Origin: Negaprion brevirostris
Lineage: Eukaryota
Length of the DNA: 64,000 bases
NCBI GenBank assembly: GCA_030324005.1
Contig: JARDVH010000084.1
Coordinates: 39,722,585 to 39,786,584, forward strand
Direction of reading: 5' to 3'
In this document: piece after piece, positions 38,279 to 51,765 of the stretch
How positions within the stretch are numbered: the stretch's first letter is position 1
Layout of the letters: each line of letters opens with the position of its first letter
Made by a program: the position numbers and the translations under genes
Notes under the pieces: generated by a model
The model's input: the letters and a program-made list of their open reading frames with translations, nothing else
Told to the model about the DNA's origin: nothing
The model's database searches: none

Positions 38279-38844
38279 ATTGAGAATACCTAAACATATT
38301 GAGGTTGAGTTTCAGCTAGGTTGCCCGAAATCAGCCAAGCCAGTGTGAAAGACCGAGGAATTTCAAGAACATCCAGAACACATCAACTTTTCATGAACTG
38401 TTACACTGATTTAAAATGTACTGCAATGGAAGCCTGCCCTACCCACAGAACTGGCCATGTCCCAGATCGACTGAATAAGCCTGGTAAGTTTCTGCCATTT
38501 GCATCCCTTTTCATAAAAAGCTATTTTTCCTTCAGTGTAACGGTGTAATAGGCATCTTTGAATAGCACTTAAATATTTAAAAATATTTAATGCACTAAAA
38601 AACTGTCCAGTATGCAGCTATTGATTCTGATAAATGATTCCATATAATTTTTAAGTGCTGGGTCTAGTCAACGCTGAATAAAAACATTTCTTGTGATATA
38701 CTCATTTTCAGAGGCATTAATAAAATTGCACCAGGTTACCACTCTTAAATTCATCAAGGAACATTTGTTTTTACAAGGGATAAGAAATAAACAATTACAT
38801 TCGAAAATGCTGCCTGATTGTGCTAGTTCATAATAGATTTTATA

Positions 38845-38985
38845 TTTAGAGTCACAGAGGTTTGCAGCATGGAAACAGGACCTTTGGCCAACTTGTCCAT
38901 GCTACCCTTTTTTTTAAACCCCACAGCTAGTACTAATTGCCCGCATTTGGCCCATATCCCTTTATACCCATCTCACCCATGTAAG
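38845..38985 (-). mobile_element. CR1 3' tail, same family as 14488-14620
   Basis: Shares cagcatggaaacagg...cccttttttt...tttggcccatatccct with that copy. Confidence 0.75.
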
Positions 38986-39049
38986 GTTTGTGATTACATA
39001 AATTAGTGAGCAGATACCTGAAAACTTTGAAGTACAACTTTCTAAGTTT

Positions 39050-39343
39050 TAAGTTTATTTATTAGTGTCATATGTAGGCTTAGATTAACATTGCAATGGA
39101 GTTACTGTGAAAATCCCCTAGTCACCACACTCCAGCACCTGTTTGAGTACACTGGGGGAGAATTTAGCATGGTCAATGCACCTAACCAGTATGTCTTTTG
39201 GACGGTGGGAGGAAACCGGAGCACCCGGAGGAAATCCACACATACACGGGAGAACATGCAGACTTCGCACAGTCACCCAAGCTGGGAATCAAACCTAGGT
39301 CCCTGGTGTTGTGAAGTAGCAGTGCTGACCACTATGCCACCAT
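39050..39343 (-). mobile_element. V-SINE variant with alternative 3' tail
   Basis: Same structure as 30887-31160. Confidence 0.85.
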
Positions 39344-41084
39344 GACTCCCTATATTTCCAATACTAGATTTTGATGAGCCATAAAGAAAAATATTGGGTG
39401 CAATTAATCTGCACTATGCATTGGTGCTTTTCACATCTGGATCTAATGTTTATTAAATACACATGGAGCATCTTGTGACAGAATGTACTAATCTGGGGAC
39501 CCATATTTTCAACTCAAGCAACATCACTGCACTTGGAACATATGGCCAAAATTATTCCAAACCTCTCGCCAGTGTGGAACGAGTTCCATCACTTCACAGC
39601 CCGGACGAGGAAGAAGGGTGTCTCAGACTCAAATGGGATGTAATATCTTCCAGAATGACTATTTATATTCCTACAGCAAGTATCAGAATCACTTTCTCTC
39701 CTCGCCGCAGCAAAAGTGAGTTGATTTCGTGGGACAGCGGGGGTTAATTTTTCAAAAAGGAAAAAGCATCAAAATTTCTAGACACATTAATATTTGTTTA
39801 CATTTTTGCTAAAAGGGATTTATTAGTTGTTTATTTGTCGTCACAGGGCAAGAGGTTCAAAACGAGTAAAATGGCTCTGCAGTTTTTCACATCTTCAGCG
39901 CTGAAAGCTGAAGACAGTGAGAGAAAACACTTGGTTTCACTGAAGTCTCAACTGTTCTCAGTTAAACAATAGAGAGCACATGATCTTGTGCATATTGCTG
40001 ACACTGCAACATAACTGCCTTGAAGGATCTGTGGGAAATGTCAAATTTATAGCCCTTCGGGTGATTGGTAAAAGTTTTTTTTTTAAGGCAGGCCTGTTGT
40101 AGAACTAGGCCTGGAGAATGTTCTTGGCTAAATCCCAGCTAAGCAGAAGGAAGCCATGTCCCACACTTCCCTTGGGATCTAATGAAATATACAGCCTGTA
40201 GGGCTCTACTCAATTTAGTTATGTAGAATATTTGTTGCATTTGAAAGACCAGTTCTAGTTGAAAACAAACATCGTGTGTCCTAGGGATGCCTGCTGCCCG
40301 GGTACTCCTCTCTACCCGAGTGACATGAGACGTTTTCCAACTCTTGCCTCCTCAGTTAACTCTGAAGAAAAGCACTCGAGTCAGTAAGCAACAGCAGTCC
40401 AGACACAAGTTCCTAAGCAATCCCTGCACGTCGAAGCTGTTTGAAAACTGGCTTCCTGCTATTGTTGCAGCCCTGGGCAAAAGCTGAAATTTGAAACACT
40501 AATTTCAGGAAAAGAAACAACTTCCAAATTGAGAGGCACAGCTATTCAGTAACAAAGCAGCAGCACTACCCAGAATTATCTCAATCTTGTGAGCCTTTGC
40601 AAAATTTCTCTTAATTAAAAATGATACAGCGAAGGTTAACGCTTACAGATGGATTAGTTCAATACCATAGCAGTTTAGCTCTCTTTCAGAGTATCCCTTT
40701 TTGGTACTAAAATGGGAACTGGATAAAAATACAGATTTAAAAAACTTAATGACCAAGAAAATAAGAAAATAAATGTTCAGAGTCCAAGTTAGAATCTGAT
40801 GCATAATGGCCATGGATGAAGTATCTTACCATCCAGTCAGAAATTTAAGGTAAAGGTTCAAAGAGGATACTTATTTTAACATAGAATAGGTTCTCATTCT
40901 GAAGAGGAAGTACAGGGGAAGTTCAGGTAGCCCTAGGTCATCTGTCAGTTTCCAGGTAAGAGTCAAGAGGAAAGCTAGAAGGGGTGTAGGGAGTTCCAGG
41001 GCAGGAGAGGATGTAATTTTCCTTGCCGGTTGATCAGCTGGCAGGCTACTTTGGACATGACAGACGTCCTCCTTACGAACATCT

Positions 41085-43005
41085 AGGGATTTGTGCCAAT
41101 ATTGGAGAGCTGCCCCACAGACTAGTCAAGTAACAGCCTGCCACAGTCATAATCATAATCATACCATACAATGACCCAGACATTACTATTACCATCCCAG
41201 TATATGTCCTGACCCACTAACAAGACAGATGCAGTCAGGATGGCAGCACAGTGGCATACAGTCAGGAGACAATAGCCCTGGGAATTCTCAACAATGACTT
41301 CAGACCCCATAAATGGCATTAGGTCGAACATGGTCAAAGAAACATTGTGCCGGTTACCACCTACCATCCTCCTTCTGTTGATGAATCAGTATTCCTCAAT
41401 GCTGAAAACTACTTGGGAGAAGTACTGAGGGTGGCAAGGGCACAGAACGTACTTTGGGTAGGAGACTTCAATGTTCCTCACCAAGAGGGGCTTGGTAGCA
41501 CCACAACGGACTGAGCTGGCCAAGTTCTCAAATACACAGTTGCTTAACTGGGTCTGCGGCAGGTGGTGAGGGAACCATTAAGAGGACTTAAACATGTCCT
41601 CACCAGTGCTGTCACAGATGTTTCAGTCAATGACAGTATTGGTCGGAGTGATGAATGTACGGTCCTTGTGGAGACAAAGTCCTATCTCCACGTTCAGTAT
41701 ACTCCCATAGTGTTGTGCGTCACTATTAACATGCTAACTGGGATCGATTTCCATTAGATCTAGTAAATCAAATCTGGACATTCGTGAGGCACTAGACATC
41801 CATCAGCAACAGCAAAACAATCTATGACCTCATGCACTGCCATATCCCCCACTCTACCATTACCATCAAGCCATGGGCTTAACTCTGGTTCAATGAAGAG
41901 TGCAGGGGGGCATGCCAGGAACTGCACCAAGCATACCTAAAAATGAGGTGTCTACCAGGTGAAGAGATAACACAGGGCTACTGCATGAAACAGCAATAAC
42001 AGACAGAGGTAAGCGTTCCCACAACCAACAAATCAGATCCAAGCTCTGCAATCCTGCCACATCCAATGCTTGTGGACAATTAGACAACTCACTGGAGGAG
42101 CAGACTTCACAAATATCCTCATCCTGAACGATGGAGGAGCCCAGCACACAAGTGCAAAAGATAACGTTGAAGCAGTCACAACAATCTTCAGAAGAAGTAC
42201 CAAAGGATGATCCATCTCTGCCTCCTCCTGAGGCTCCAATCATCACAGATCCAGCCTTGGACCCAATTCAATTCACTCCACATGGTATCAAGAAATGGCT
42301 GAAGGCACTGGATACTGCCAAGGCTATGGGCTCTGACAACATTCTGGCAATAGTACTGACAACTTGGGCTCCAGAACTAGCCGCTCCATTTGCTAAACTG
42401 TTCCAGTACAGTTGCAACACTGGCATCTACCCAGCAATGTGGAAAAGTTGCCCAAGTATGTCCTGTACACAAAAAGGACAAATCCAACACAGCCAATTAC
42501 TGTCCCATCAGAGCACTCTCGCTCATCAGCAAAGTTATTTAAAATGTTGTCAATATCGGGGTCATGCAACACTTGCTTAACATTAACCTGCTCACTGATG
42601 CTCAGTTTGGGTTCCACCATAGCCACTCAGCTCCTGACATCATTACTGCCTTGGTTCCAACATAGACAAAAAAACCTGAAATCAGCAAGTGAGGTGATAT
42701 CAAGTCAGCCTTTGACTGAGTACTGGAGTCATTGGAATCATGCTAGCACAAAGGAAGGTGGTTTTGTTTGTTGGGGATCAATTGTCTCAGTCCCAGGGCA
42801 TCACAGTAGGCGTTCCTCAGGGGAGTGTTCTAGTCACAAACATCTTCAGCTGCTCCATCAATGATGCTCCCTCTATGATAAGGTCAGAAGTGGGGATGTT
42901 CGCTGATGACTGCAAAAAAATTGAGGACCATTTGCCCATATGCAACACCTGGACAATATCAAGGCTTGGGCTGATAATGACAAGTAACATTCATGCCACA
43001 CACAT
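41085..43005 (+). mobile_element. CR1-like LINE (second family): endonuclease and RT, degenerate
   Basis: WVGDFNV (endonuclease), LKALDTAKAMGSDNI, GVPQGSVL..IFSC.IND and MFADD (RT). Confidence 0.85.
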
Positions 43006-44539
43006 GAATACCTCCTTCTGGTCCCATCCCTGTGTTGTTGCTCAAGCCTAGATTACACTAATACTGCCTTGATTAAGTTTATATCGTTCAAAAACTGTAT
43101 CTTGAATTTTAACTAGAGAAAATTAATTTTGGATTTAATAAACTTTGGTATAAAGGCGCTCATCAGCAGATGGTGAAAGGACATGTAAAGAAAGTACGCA
43201 GAGGGTGAAAACCGAGGCACTGAATTAACTAATAAACAGATTATTTTCAAGCTGCATTATACATATACAGCAACCTAAGACATGAGCCAAAGTTGACCAA
43301 CAGCTTCAACAAGGTTGCAACATCGCTGAAATAGTTAGCAACTCAGAAGTTGACCTAGATATGGCAAATGACATATGAAACGGAGTAATTACACTGAAAC
43401 TACAGTGAGGACACAGGCTTGTAACTTAAGCTGTAACTATAGCCAACATTCTTCCACTCGTATTAGAGAAAATCAATTATAAGTACGTACCATAAGCCTG
43501 ATGGAGAATACAATTGCTCAAGGCAGAAGATTTAATTTCCAGAATGGTCAGGAGTATCCTACACTGCCAAGATGTTTTTTACCCTTCGTTAGATGAATTG
43601 AACTATTTTGGAATCTGTGATGAACATGGACATCACATCTTTTTTTTAAAGAGTGAAAATGGGTCATTTCCACAAGTTAAAAACAATTCTTTTATTAATT
43701 AAGGAGAGCCGAAAGATTTGAGGCACAGTTTAGAACATGTTTAATTACTTTTCATTTCTGAAAATAATTAGCTGAATAGCGGAATGGGTTTCAGAACACG
43801 ATCTTACTGACCATATGATTATACTAATCAAGTCTGTAGCAACAGACTTCGAAGTGCACAAACTCTTAAAGATCCCTCCCCCATCCATCCATGCCTAGGG
43901 GCTTATTCTGGCAAACGTTAAGAACTTTCATATGTTGCAGTTTATACACATTAAATGTAAACAAAAAAGGAAAAGATATGCTGCATTTTGGTTTTCCTTA
44001 ACAGCAACCAACAGTCAACCTTCACTTTTCAGAGTCATTCATCTACTCCACACTCTCCCTGTACAGCTTACCATCAATAGCCACTGACCAACGCTCTAAT
44101 CCTGAGGCATTCTAACTCCTCAGTACTTAGCACAATCTCCACCCAGTTCACAGAGGTTCCCCCTCCATGGTTCTTACTTCATGCTACATTCTCTTCCTCT
44201 TCTTCTACTGTTAAAGCTGGGATTATTTTTCTGCCATCAAATACCAATCCCTCAAATTGAAGCTGACTTGACTCCCCCTTGACCTCACATTCTCAAATTC
44301 AACCTGGCACTTTGGCCGAGTACCCACTGTCCTCAATTCAAACTGGTGCTGACTTAATGCCCCAAATACCTCTGCCATGTTGATGCTCTTCCTCCCCACT
44401 CTCATCATCAAGCAGTGCAACCCTTCAGCGCTTCATCAACATGCTGGGGTTATTTACTGCTCGGCTCCCTTTCTCTCTAACCATGCTGGCACATTCCATC
44501 CTAGCTCCCTAGTTTAAGTGGATCATTTAAGACTTTGCA

Positions 44540-44900
44540 AAGTGTTGCATCCAGACTTGAAGAAAGTCTTTGATAAAATTCCACATGAAAAGCTGTCTCA
44601 GAAGCTTAAGGTTATGCCTATTTTAGCTAAAATAGAGGAACAAAAGCTAACAGTTAGGAGATAAATACTGGAATGGGGAGGGGTACTGAGTGGAGTGTCC
44701 CAGGATTAGGTTGTGAAAAAGGTACGGGATAGAGTATTTTAGGGGTCAGTACTAAGAAGATACAGTAGGTGTAAGGCCCTGTGGTGGCACTGGGGGAATA
44801 GCCTGAATGGGGTGTCCAGGTGATTAGTGTTGGGGAGTGGCACAGAGAGGGGGTACCCTAACCATCCATGCTGAGGAGATGCACAAAGTGTAATATATCC
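44540..44900 (+). mobile_element. Old CR1 RT fragment
   Basis: DLKKVFDKIPHEKL and degenerate SGVSQD/GVPQGSVLG-like motifs. Confidence 0.5.
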
Positions 44901-45007
44901 TAATTATTTAGAAAGAAAAATCTGACCTTTTAAGAGTTAACAACAGATGTTACAAATTTCTAAGAATGGAGCAGGAATACACAGAAAGCATTATCAACTG
45001 TTACTTC

Positions 45008-45368
45008 AGGGGTTAGTACTGCTGCCTCTCAGTGCCACAGACTAGGGTTACTGTCTGTGTGGAGTTTGCATGTTCTCCCCATGACTGCGTGGGTTTTCTC
45101 TGGGTGCTGTGGTTTCCTCCCACAGTCCAAAGATGTGCAAGTTAAGTGGATTGGCCATGCTAAATTGCCCCTTGGTCTCCCAAAATGTATAGGTTGGGGT
45201 AATAGGCAGGGTAAATACTTGGGGTGATGGGGAACAGATCTGGGTAGGATTGCCCCTTAGTGGCAGGGGGATTACGTGGGGTTACAAGGATAAGGCCTGG
45301 ATGGAATAGTTGCCGTTGTGGACTTGATGGGCTGAAGGGCCTCCTGCAATGTAGGGATTCTATGATTC
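45008..45368 (+). mobile_element. HE1-type V-SINE
   Basis: Head, V-domain and gggattctatgatt tail. Confidence 0.85.
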
Positions 45369-46395
45369 AAAAGACACAAAAAGGAAGCTGTTTAAATATT
45401 TTCTCTGAACAGAAAGCTTCTCCACAACTTCAGACATTTTTTCTTCCTGACTGCAATAAGAATATTCCAATTGGACATTTGGACATCCGATTTTACAGTT
45501 TTGACTATTCATCTTGAAAAGTGAAAGGAGCACACTTTGGCGTAACTAACAATTTACTAACTATTAAACCATGGAAATCTGTATAGTGACAATGTTGCAA
45601 AATGGTTGATGGCTTTTAAAATATACATTTTTCCAGGTCTTTTAGGAGGATTTGACAATTTCCATTTGGACATTTCCCTATAATACTCCACATGTCATGA
45701 AGGATGTACTTGGGTTAACCTCCAGGGGTTTCCATTTCCTGGTAAATCTAACACAAGTGGGCAATGAAAAATTTTGCAAGCATAAACAACTGAACGATTA
45801 ACCAAAGATAGTGGGGATGACCCTTGTGCCAGGACACAACACAATGAATTTTTTTTTTATCTTCTTTAGATCATTTCTGAGTTGTTTAGTAATTTGACTT
45901 GCCGTGTAGGCTGAATGAGGAAGGCATTCCTCGAGGGAAAAGTGACACCTAGTATGAAATAAACATTCAGCTGGCTACATCAAAACCACACTGTTGTGGG
46001 AAGGAAAGCCCACAAAGAATGAAAATAGAAAGGGTCCAAGGCCTTGGCAGAGTGACATTGTGAAAAAAAAGTGAACAGTGACTCATTCTGGCAGTCTACC
46101 TCAAACCCTTCATAGCCTTTGGCAAAAAGCCTCAAAGGAGATCCATGGTCACTGCCAAGCCATGAAACATCACAAGTATTATCTGAGAAAACATCTAGAA
46201 TCTTTTTTTTAAAACTCTTTTGCTGATATTTCTTTAGCTGCCAAAAAATGTTGAAGAGATGCTGCCTGATGAATGCCAATAATATCCACAATATTACTTG
46301 TAATATTTCAGACAACATTCCATTTTTTAAAAAAATGACAAATTAAAGCTTGTTTAGAATGGGAGCATTATGCTATAACGCTGCATGAATCATAT

Positions 46396-46668
46396 GGGGC
46401 GGCACGGTAGCACTGCTACTTCACAGCGCCAGGAACCCGGGTTCAATTCCCGGCTTGGGTCACTGTCTGTGTGAAGTATGCATGTTCTCCCAGTGTCTGC
46501 GTGGGTTTCCTCCGGGTGGTCTGGTCTCCTCCCACATTCTGAAAGATGTGCTGATGAGGTACATTGACCTGAATAGGCATCGGCGTGTGGCGCCTAGGGG
46601 AATTTCACAGTAACTTCATTGCAATATTAATGTAAGCCTACTTGTGGCTAATAAATAAACTTTACTTT
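46396..46668 (+). mobile_element. V-SINE variant with alternative 3' tail
   Basis: ggggcggcacggtagc head, B-box ggttcaattcc and tail ending taataaataaactttacttt. Confidence 0.88.
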
Positions 46669-47457
46669 ATCAAAATTACTCTCCCAACTTAAGTTTTTGA
46701 ACTAGCATTATTTTGATGGCAATGTTAACACTTCTGAAGTTATAAAGGTTAAAGTATCACCCCTAACAACAATAACCCATTATCAATATTGTGGTATGGA
46801 AGTTCATTTTAAAGTTTAAAAAAAATTGCAACATATCTAGTCACATCTGCTATTAATGATCTGGTGTGAGGGCAGGTGTTTGGCTTCTGTTATCGTGCAC
46901 ATAAGTGTCACTTATTAAAGCAATCACATACCTGTCCTGTAAATGAATGATTTTTGTCAGGCAGAACATTCAAACCAAGTTATCTACGGAAATTATTTAT
47001 GTTAGCAATGGGCAAAAAAGTTAAATATTATTTAAAATTAAATCTGATTCTTCTGTCGACTCAGATGTCTCTAGGGAAACAGGCAAATATTGATTCAAAA
47101 ACATAATTTAATATCTCTCCCTCTCCCCAACATTAAGAAGTTAATTATTTTTAAGCACTGCAGCAGCTCACTCAGTGCATTTTTACTACCAGGAGAGTAT
47201 GGAAGACACTAAGATGAGCATTGAACTGACGCCAAGCTAGTGGAGAAAGATATCATTGCTCTGTATCTCCGGGCGGCCAGTTTAAAACAACACTGGTATG
47301 AAAGTGGAATGTGATAATTTGTGATCTCTTCCAGACGTAGGGAAGCCATGGGAACTTTGTAAAGGAATTAGATTCACTTTCTTCAATTTCTCCTCTCCAC
47401 GTTTTATGTCATTCTCCAACTAACAAGATTGAGAGGTAACCCATTCACTGCTAACTC

Positions 47458-47767
47458 ATTGGCACTGCTGCCTCTCAACGCCAGGAACCCAGGTCTGATT
47501 CTGGCCTTGGGTGACTATCTCGCGTGGAGTTTGCACTTTCCCCCCATGTCTGTGTGAGTTTCCATAAGTTTCCTCCCACAATCCAAAGACATGCCAGTTA
47601 GGTGGATTGGCCACGCTAAATTAGTGTCTCAAAATGTGCAGTTCAAGACGATTACTAAATCTGTGAGATTACTGGGATAGGGCCAGGGGAAGATGGTTTG
47701 TCAGAGAGTTGGTGCAGACTTGATGGGCTGAATGGCCTCCTTTTGCACTGCAGGGATTCTATGATTC
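47458..47767 (+). mobile_element. HE1-type V-SINE
   Basis: Head, V-domain and gggattctatgatt tail. Confidence 0.85.
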
Positions 47768-48099
47768 ACTGTTCTTGCTTCACGTCATTCTAAGAAACTA
47801 TTTGAACAAATTCAAATCAAATGAGATTGTTGCAATGAGCCATTGTTCATCCTTTTTATTTCTTGTATTGCACAGGTAGACAAAATATGGTCACACTGAG
47901 TGCTATTTTATTATTGATAATCAGAACGTAAGTGGGATTAGATTGCATCAGTAACACTAAAACGGTGATTGTAAATTGGCAGCCTGCTTGACTTGGTCTT
48001 CCATCTCGAAAGGATACAATTTTTAGCATTTTCGATAATCCGTAGTTCACACTTACCATTTTAGTTTACTATTTTTAAAGTAAAAATTTGCTAAGATAA

Positions 48100-48362
48100 A
48101 GATTTGCATTTACATAGCACATTTCACAAGCTCAAGATGTCCCAAAGTACCTTACAGCCAATTACATCCCTTTTTCAGTATTTTGTGGTGATTTAGGGAA
48201 ACACAGCTTCGAATTTGCAAAAAAGGAAGAACCCTCAAACAGCAATGCAATATTGGCCACATAATTTGTATTAGTGATCACGGTTAAATATTGGCAGGAC
48301 TTTGGGGAAAACCCATCTGCTCGGCTTCAAATACTGCCACGGGATCCTTTATCCCCCCTGAT
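48100..48362 (-). mobile_element. Deu-domain SINE (SacSINE1/AmnSINE-like) fragment
   Basis: Minus strand tcagggggg.taaaggatcccgtggcagtatttgaag...gtcctgccaatattt resembles the Deu core, followed by an L2-like tail. Confidence 0.6.
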
Positions 48363-49229
48363 ATCCTGTCCCTTTAAAAACTGGTTGGCAAAAAATTGTG
48401 CATGTGTGCGCACTTAGGGAGGGAGGATCTATGTCCTTCCTTCTTTGCTCCCCTCCAGTGAGCTGCAGGCCGCAGAGTCAAAACAGTAGAAAACAGCCTG
48501 CCAATTCATCGAATCTTGAAATAATTAGCAGCATATGTAAGTGAACCTCAGGGTGACAGGGTAAGGAAATAGCCAAGAAAAACAAAGTGGACAATTCATT
48601 TTCTGCAAGCAAATTAAAAAACGTCATGCCTTGGGGCCCCCTGCCTACTCCGATTTAAAGTAAGATGGAAATAAATGAAAGAACTATGAAATCTTATTCT
48701 AAGTGGTGCTCACATAGTACAGTGGTAGCTAAAGGGAAGGCTCACTGTGCAGCCATTATTGAAACTACAATCTTGCTGTTTAAGTGCACTGGCTCATTAC
48801 CCAACTAACTGTTAACAGGAAAATGAGGGGTGGCATTTTACAGGCTGGGGGGGCAGATCAACTTCTCACCACCTTGGAAGCAAAGTCAGAAGGGACATGC
48901 TGTGGCTAGGCTAATTGGGGTCACGTGAGACTTCTGCACTTCACAGGATAGGAGGAAGTCCCATCCTCGGAAAATGTTGTCCAGTCCATTAGTCTCAGCA
49001 GTGCCAGGGTTTGGGGGGGTGGAGGGGGTGGTGGTGGTGGTTTAAGGGGGGGATGCTGTTGGGACTGCAAGCAGGCTCATGAAGGTGATCCACGGATTCT
49101 GGCACCAAGATAAGTCTGCAGAATTGGGCAAGGAGGGTTTGGGCAGTTAAGGCAAGGAGGGTTGTAGTGCACTGTAAGGATCTGGCACTTATGGGGTTAA
49201 TCTGGGACAAAGTTCAGTACCGCTAAACA

Positions 49230-50040
49230 TTGATGTCAGAGAACATATCATCTATACCCAGGGGTGGGTACAGTGTTGGATAGAACAGTGTGCACAAGCA
49301 AGCATAGACACAGCTCCTTGCATGAACTCTTTCCTGTATGTACTTATAGTTCTTGCAGTCAATAAATGCATAGTTAACCTACTTAAGACTATGAAGCTTT
49401 CATTAAAACTGACCGAATGGTCTCTGACACCTTACAATATGGTGTCAGCTCTTGGTAAAACTTAAAACCTCAGGTAAGCTGGCACCGAAACTCAAAGACT
49501 GGAAAATGAAAGGAATAGCATTTTGACCGGACTAAAAGCACCTGAAGCGAAGATACCGAGGGAGCTTGCCTGACAGAAGCCCCATAGCAGAACTGCAAGC
49601 AAAGGGCAGAAGAAAAAAGGTACACTTTGCAGCTGAGGACTCCGGAGTTCACGTGGAACTTCAGTTTGAATAGACCTAGCAGTGCTGAGCTAAAAAGATT
49701 AAATTCTTGGCCAACTAGTGGAGAACCTTGTCAGCACTATGAAGCAAAGGGCTCCTACGTGTGAGATCAATGTCCTACAATTTCAGCCCAATGCTTTTGA
49801 TTTAATACAACTGGACACTTCAACAAATTATGCAAGGCCAAAACATCTGAACACACAGAAGATGCAAAGACAATTCATGAGGTCCAGGCTGCACACCAAG
49901 AGGAGGTGAGGTGAAAGATCCTGGAATCCTTCTGAAATGCATACATCTTGGCTAATGGCCATCTCAGATAATGATGTAAGAAAACACGTGGCCATTACCT
50001 CAGAGTTATCAGAGCCATACGCTCAAGCGAACATGGAGAA
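49230..50040 (+). mobile_element. Possible Gypsy 5' LTR, PBS and decayed gag
   Basis: AATAAA (~49361), then ...acaata|TGGTGTCAG, a PBS-like start at 49440; downstream coding remnants are weak. Confidence 0.4.
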
Positions 50041-51589
50041 TGATTCTAGCTTTAACACTTCACTGTAGTTAATAAACAAATTAACTAACACTACGAAGAA
50101 CTCATTAAAACCCACCAAACGGTTACCCAATACCCAAAACAGGTGTGCATGAGGGGTTGTATTTTGATGGGTAGAAAGAAAGAGGAAGTACTATTTTATG
50201 GGGGTACCACTGATCTAGAAGATAGCATACTCTACACATCCCCCCCTTGTGTTGGAAATCTTGGAAAGATTTTTTTTGAAAGGTGGGCTGCCCACCCTCA
50301 CCCAACTAGTCATGCTAATCATGTTATGGTACAGACAGTGTATTATCAGCATCAATTGGCTTATTAACAAGTCCAATTGACCCTTGATTATTTATTTAAA
50401 TATGGCGGGCTGCCGATTTTGGCACTTGCCCACATCACATACATAGGGGTGAGAATGGCAATGGACAGTAATGCCAAAATATATACAGCTAAACTAAACT
50501 TATTTGGATATACCACATTATTCATAACTTGGTTACATTTTAATAACCTAAAAGAAAATATGCATGAATGTGATTATAAAAATAACTGATCGAAGTTCAC
50601 ATGTTCAAATTGCATGCGTAGATCACAAGAGTATATATTACTGATCCATTATCATTCTTTCAAGTGTCCTCAACATCTTTACAACTGTCTCATGAGTAGA
50701 TTTTATGATTATATCGCCTGACAAAATTTGACCAAGAAGAGTTGTTGGAACATTTCTGAGGCATTGGATACATTCAGAGAATGCTGACTTCATGATTTGA
50801 AACAAGTTGCAAAAGGTTCACGCAAAGGATAGAAGGATAATGTATCTCCACAGAGACATGATCCCTTTACAAGGCCTCAAATGGTTAGGATACAGTAAAG
50901 CTTTGAAAATTCAATTCCAAATGTTGTCATAGATATCCAGACTGTAGATAAATGTAAGTGTCTGAAATGAACTAAGCTGAAATGATAAGCAACTGTGGAG
51001 AATTTACATATTTAGTCACTGAGATAAAGAGAGGTAAAAATTCATCCCTACTGACAATAAGTAAATTTGTCCACACAGACCCTTTCCAAAAAGAAATTAG
51101 GTTCCTAAACCGACATCAACACCTCCTCAACTTGTTACCCTTGTCATTCATAAACGCCTCACTTTACTTCGGCATGACCAGTTTCATCAACAACCACGCA
51201 CAATGAATCAAACAAACTGGAAAAACCTCATCTTTACTAAAAAGACATGAAACTTAGCAGAGAATATTAATCCAAGTTGTCACATCAGAGGTACACACTG
51301 CAGCCACCTTACTGTCATTTATTTTCACCCTTGCAAATCATGGAAAACACAGATTTAAAAAGTAAAAAGTAAACTTTCACCCTGCAAGAAAAGGGGATTG
51401 ATTGACAAGCAGTTTATTTGTGATGGAAAATAAATAGCAGTGGTCAAGCCCAAGCACAGGTAAGACCAGCGAAACTTCCTAAGTTGTTACTTTCTTTCAA
51501 ACAAATACATTCCTCATTTTTAATAACCATGTGATTTGGTTGGGAATTGAACAAAACTCATATGAATTTGTGTAATCATTAATTCGCCG

Positions 51590-51765
51590 GTTCATTCCTC
51601 GTGGCAATGCCTTGACCAGAGTCCACTTTCCAACCAATCATTACTCTCTTCTCATGATGAGTTGCTTCCCCTGACATTGGTATCTTGCGATTACCCTGAT
51701 GAGTACAAGACCAAAACTTTTGACAAAATGTCATTTCTCAGCAATATTCAAGTTCTTTATGACTA
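51590..51765 (+). mobile_element. Penelope pLTR fragment, same family as 29570-30450
   Basis: Shares ggcaatgccttga and atcttgcgatt..cctgatgagtacaaga with that element. Confidence 0.6.

Noticed and set aside
46115-46165. NFI autoregulatory sites
   Set aside because: Only partial matches (TTGGC-N5-GCCTC); I found no full TTGGC-N5-GCCAA by eye.
46396-46460. tRNA-like A/B boxes
   Set aside because: SINE heads, not tRNA genes.
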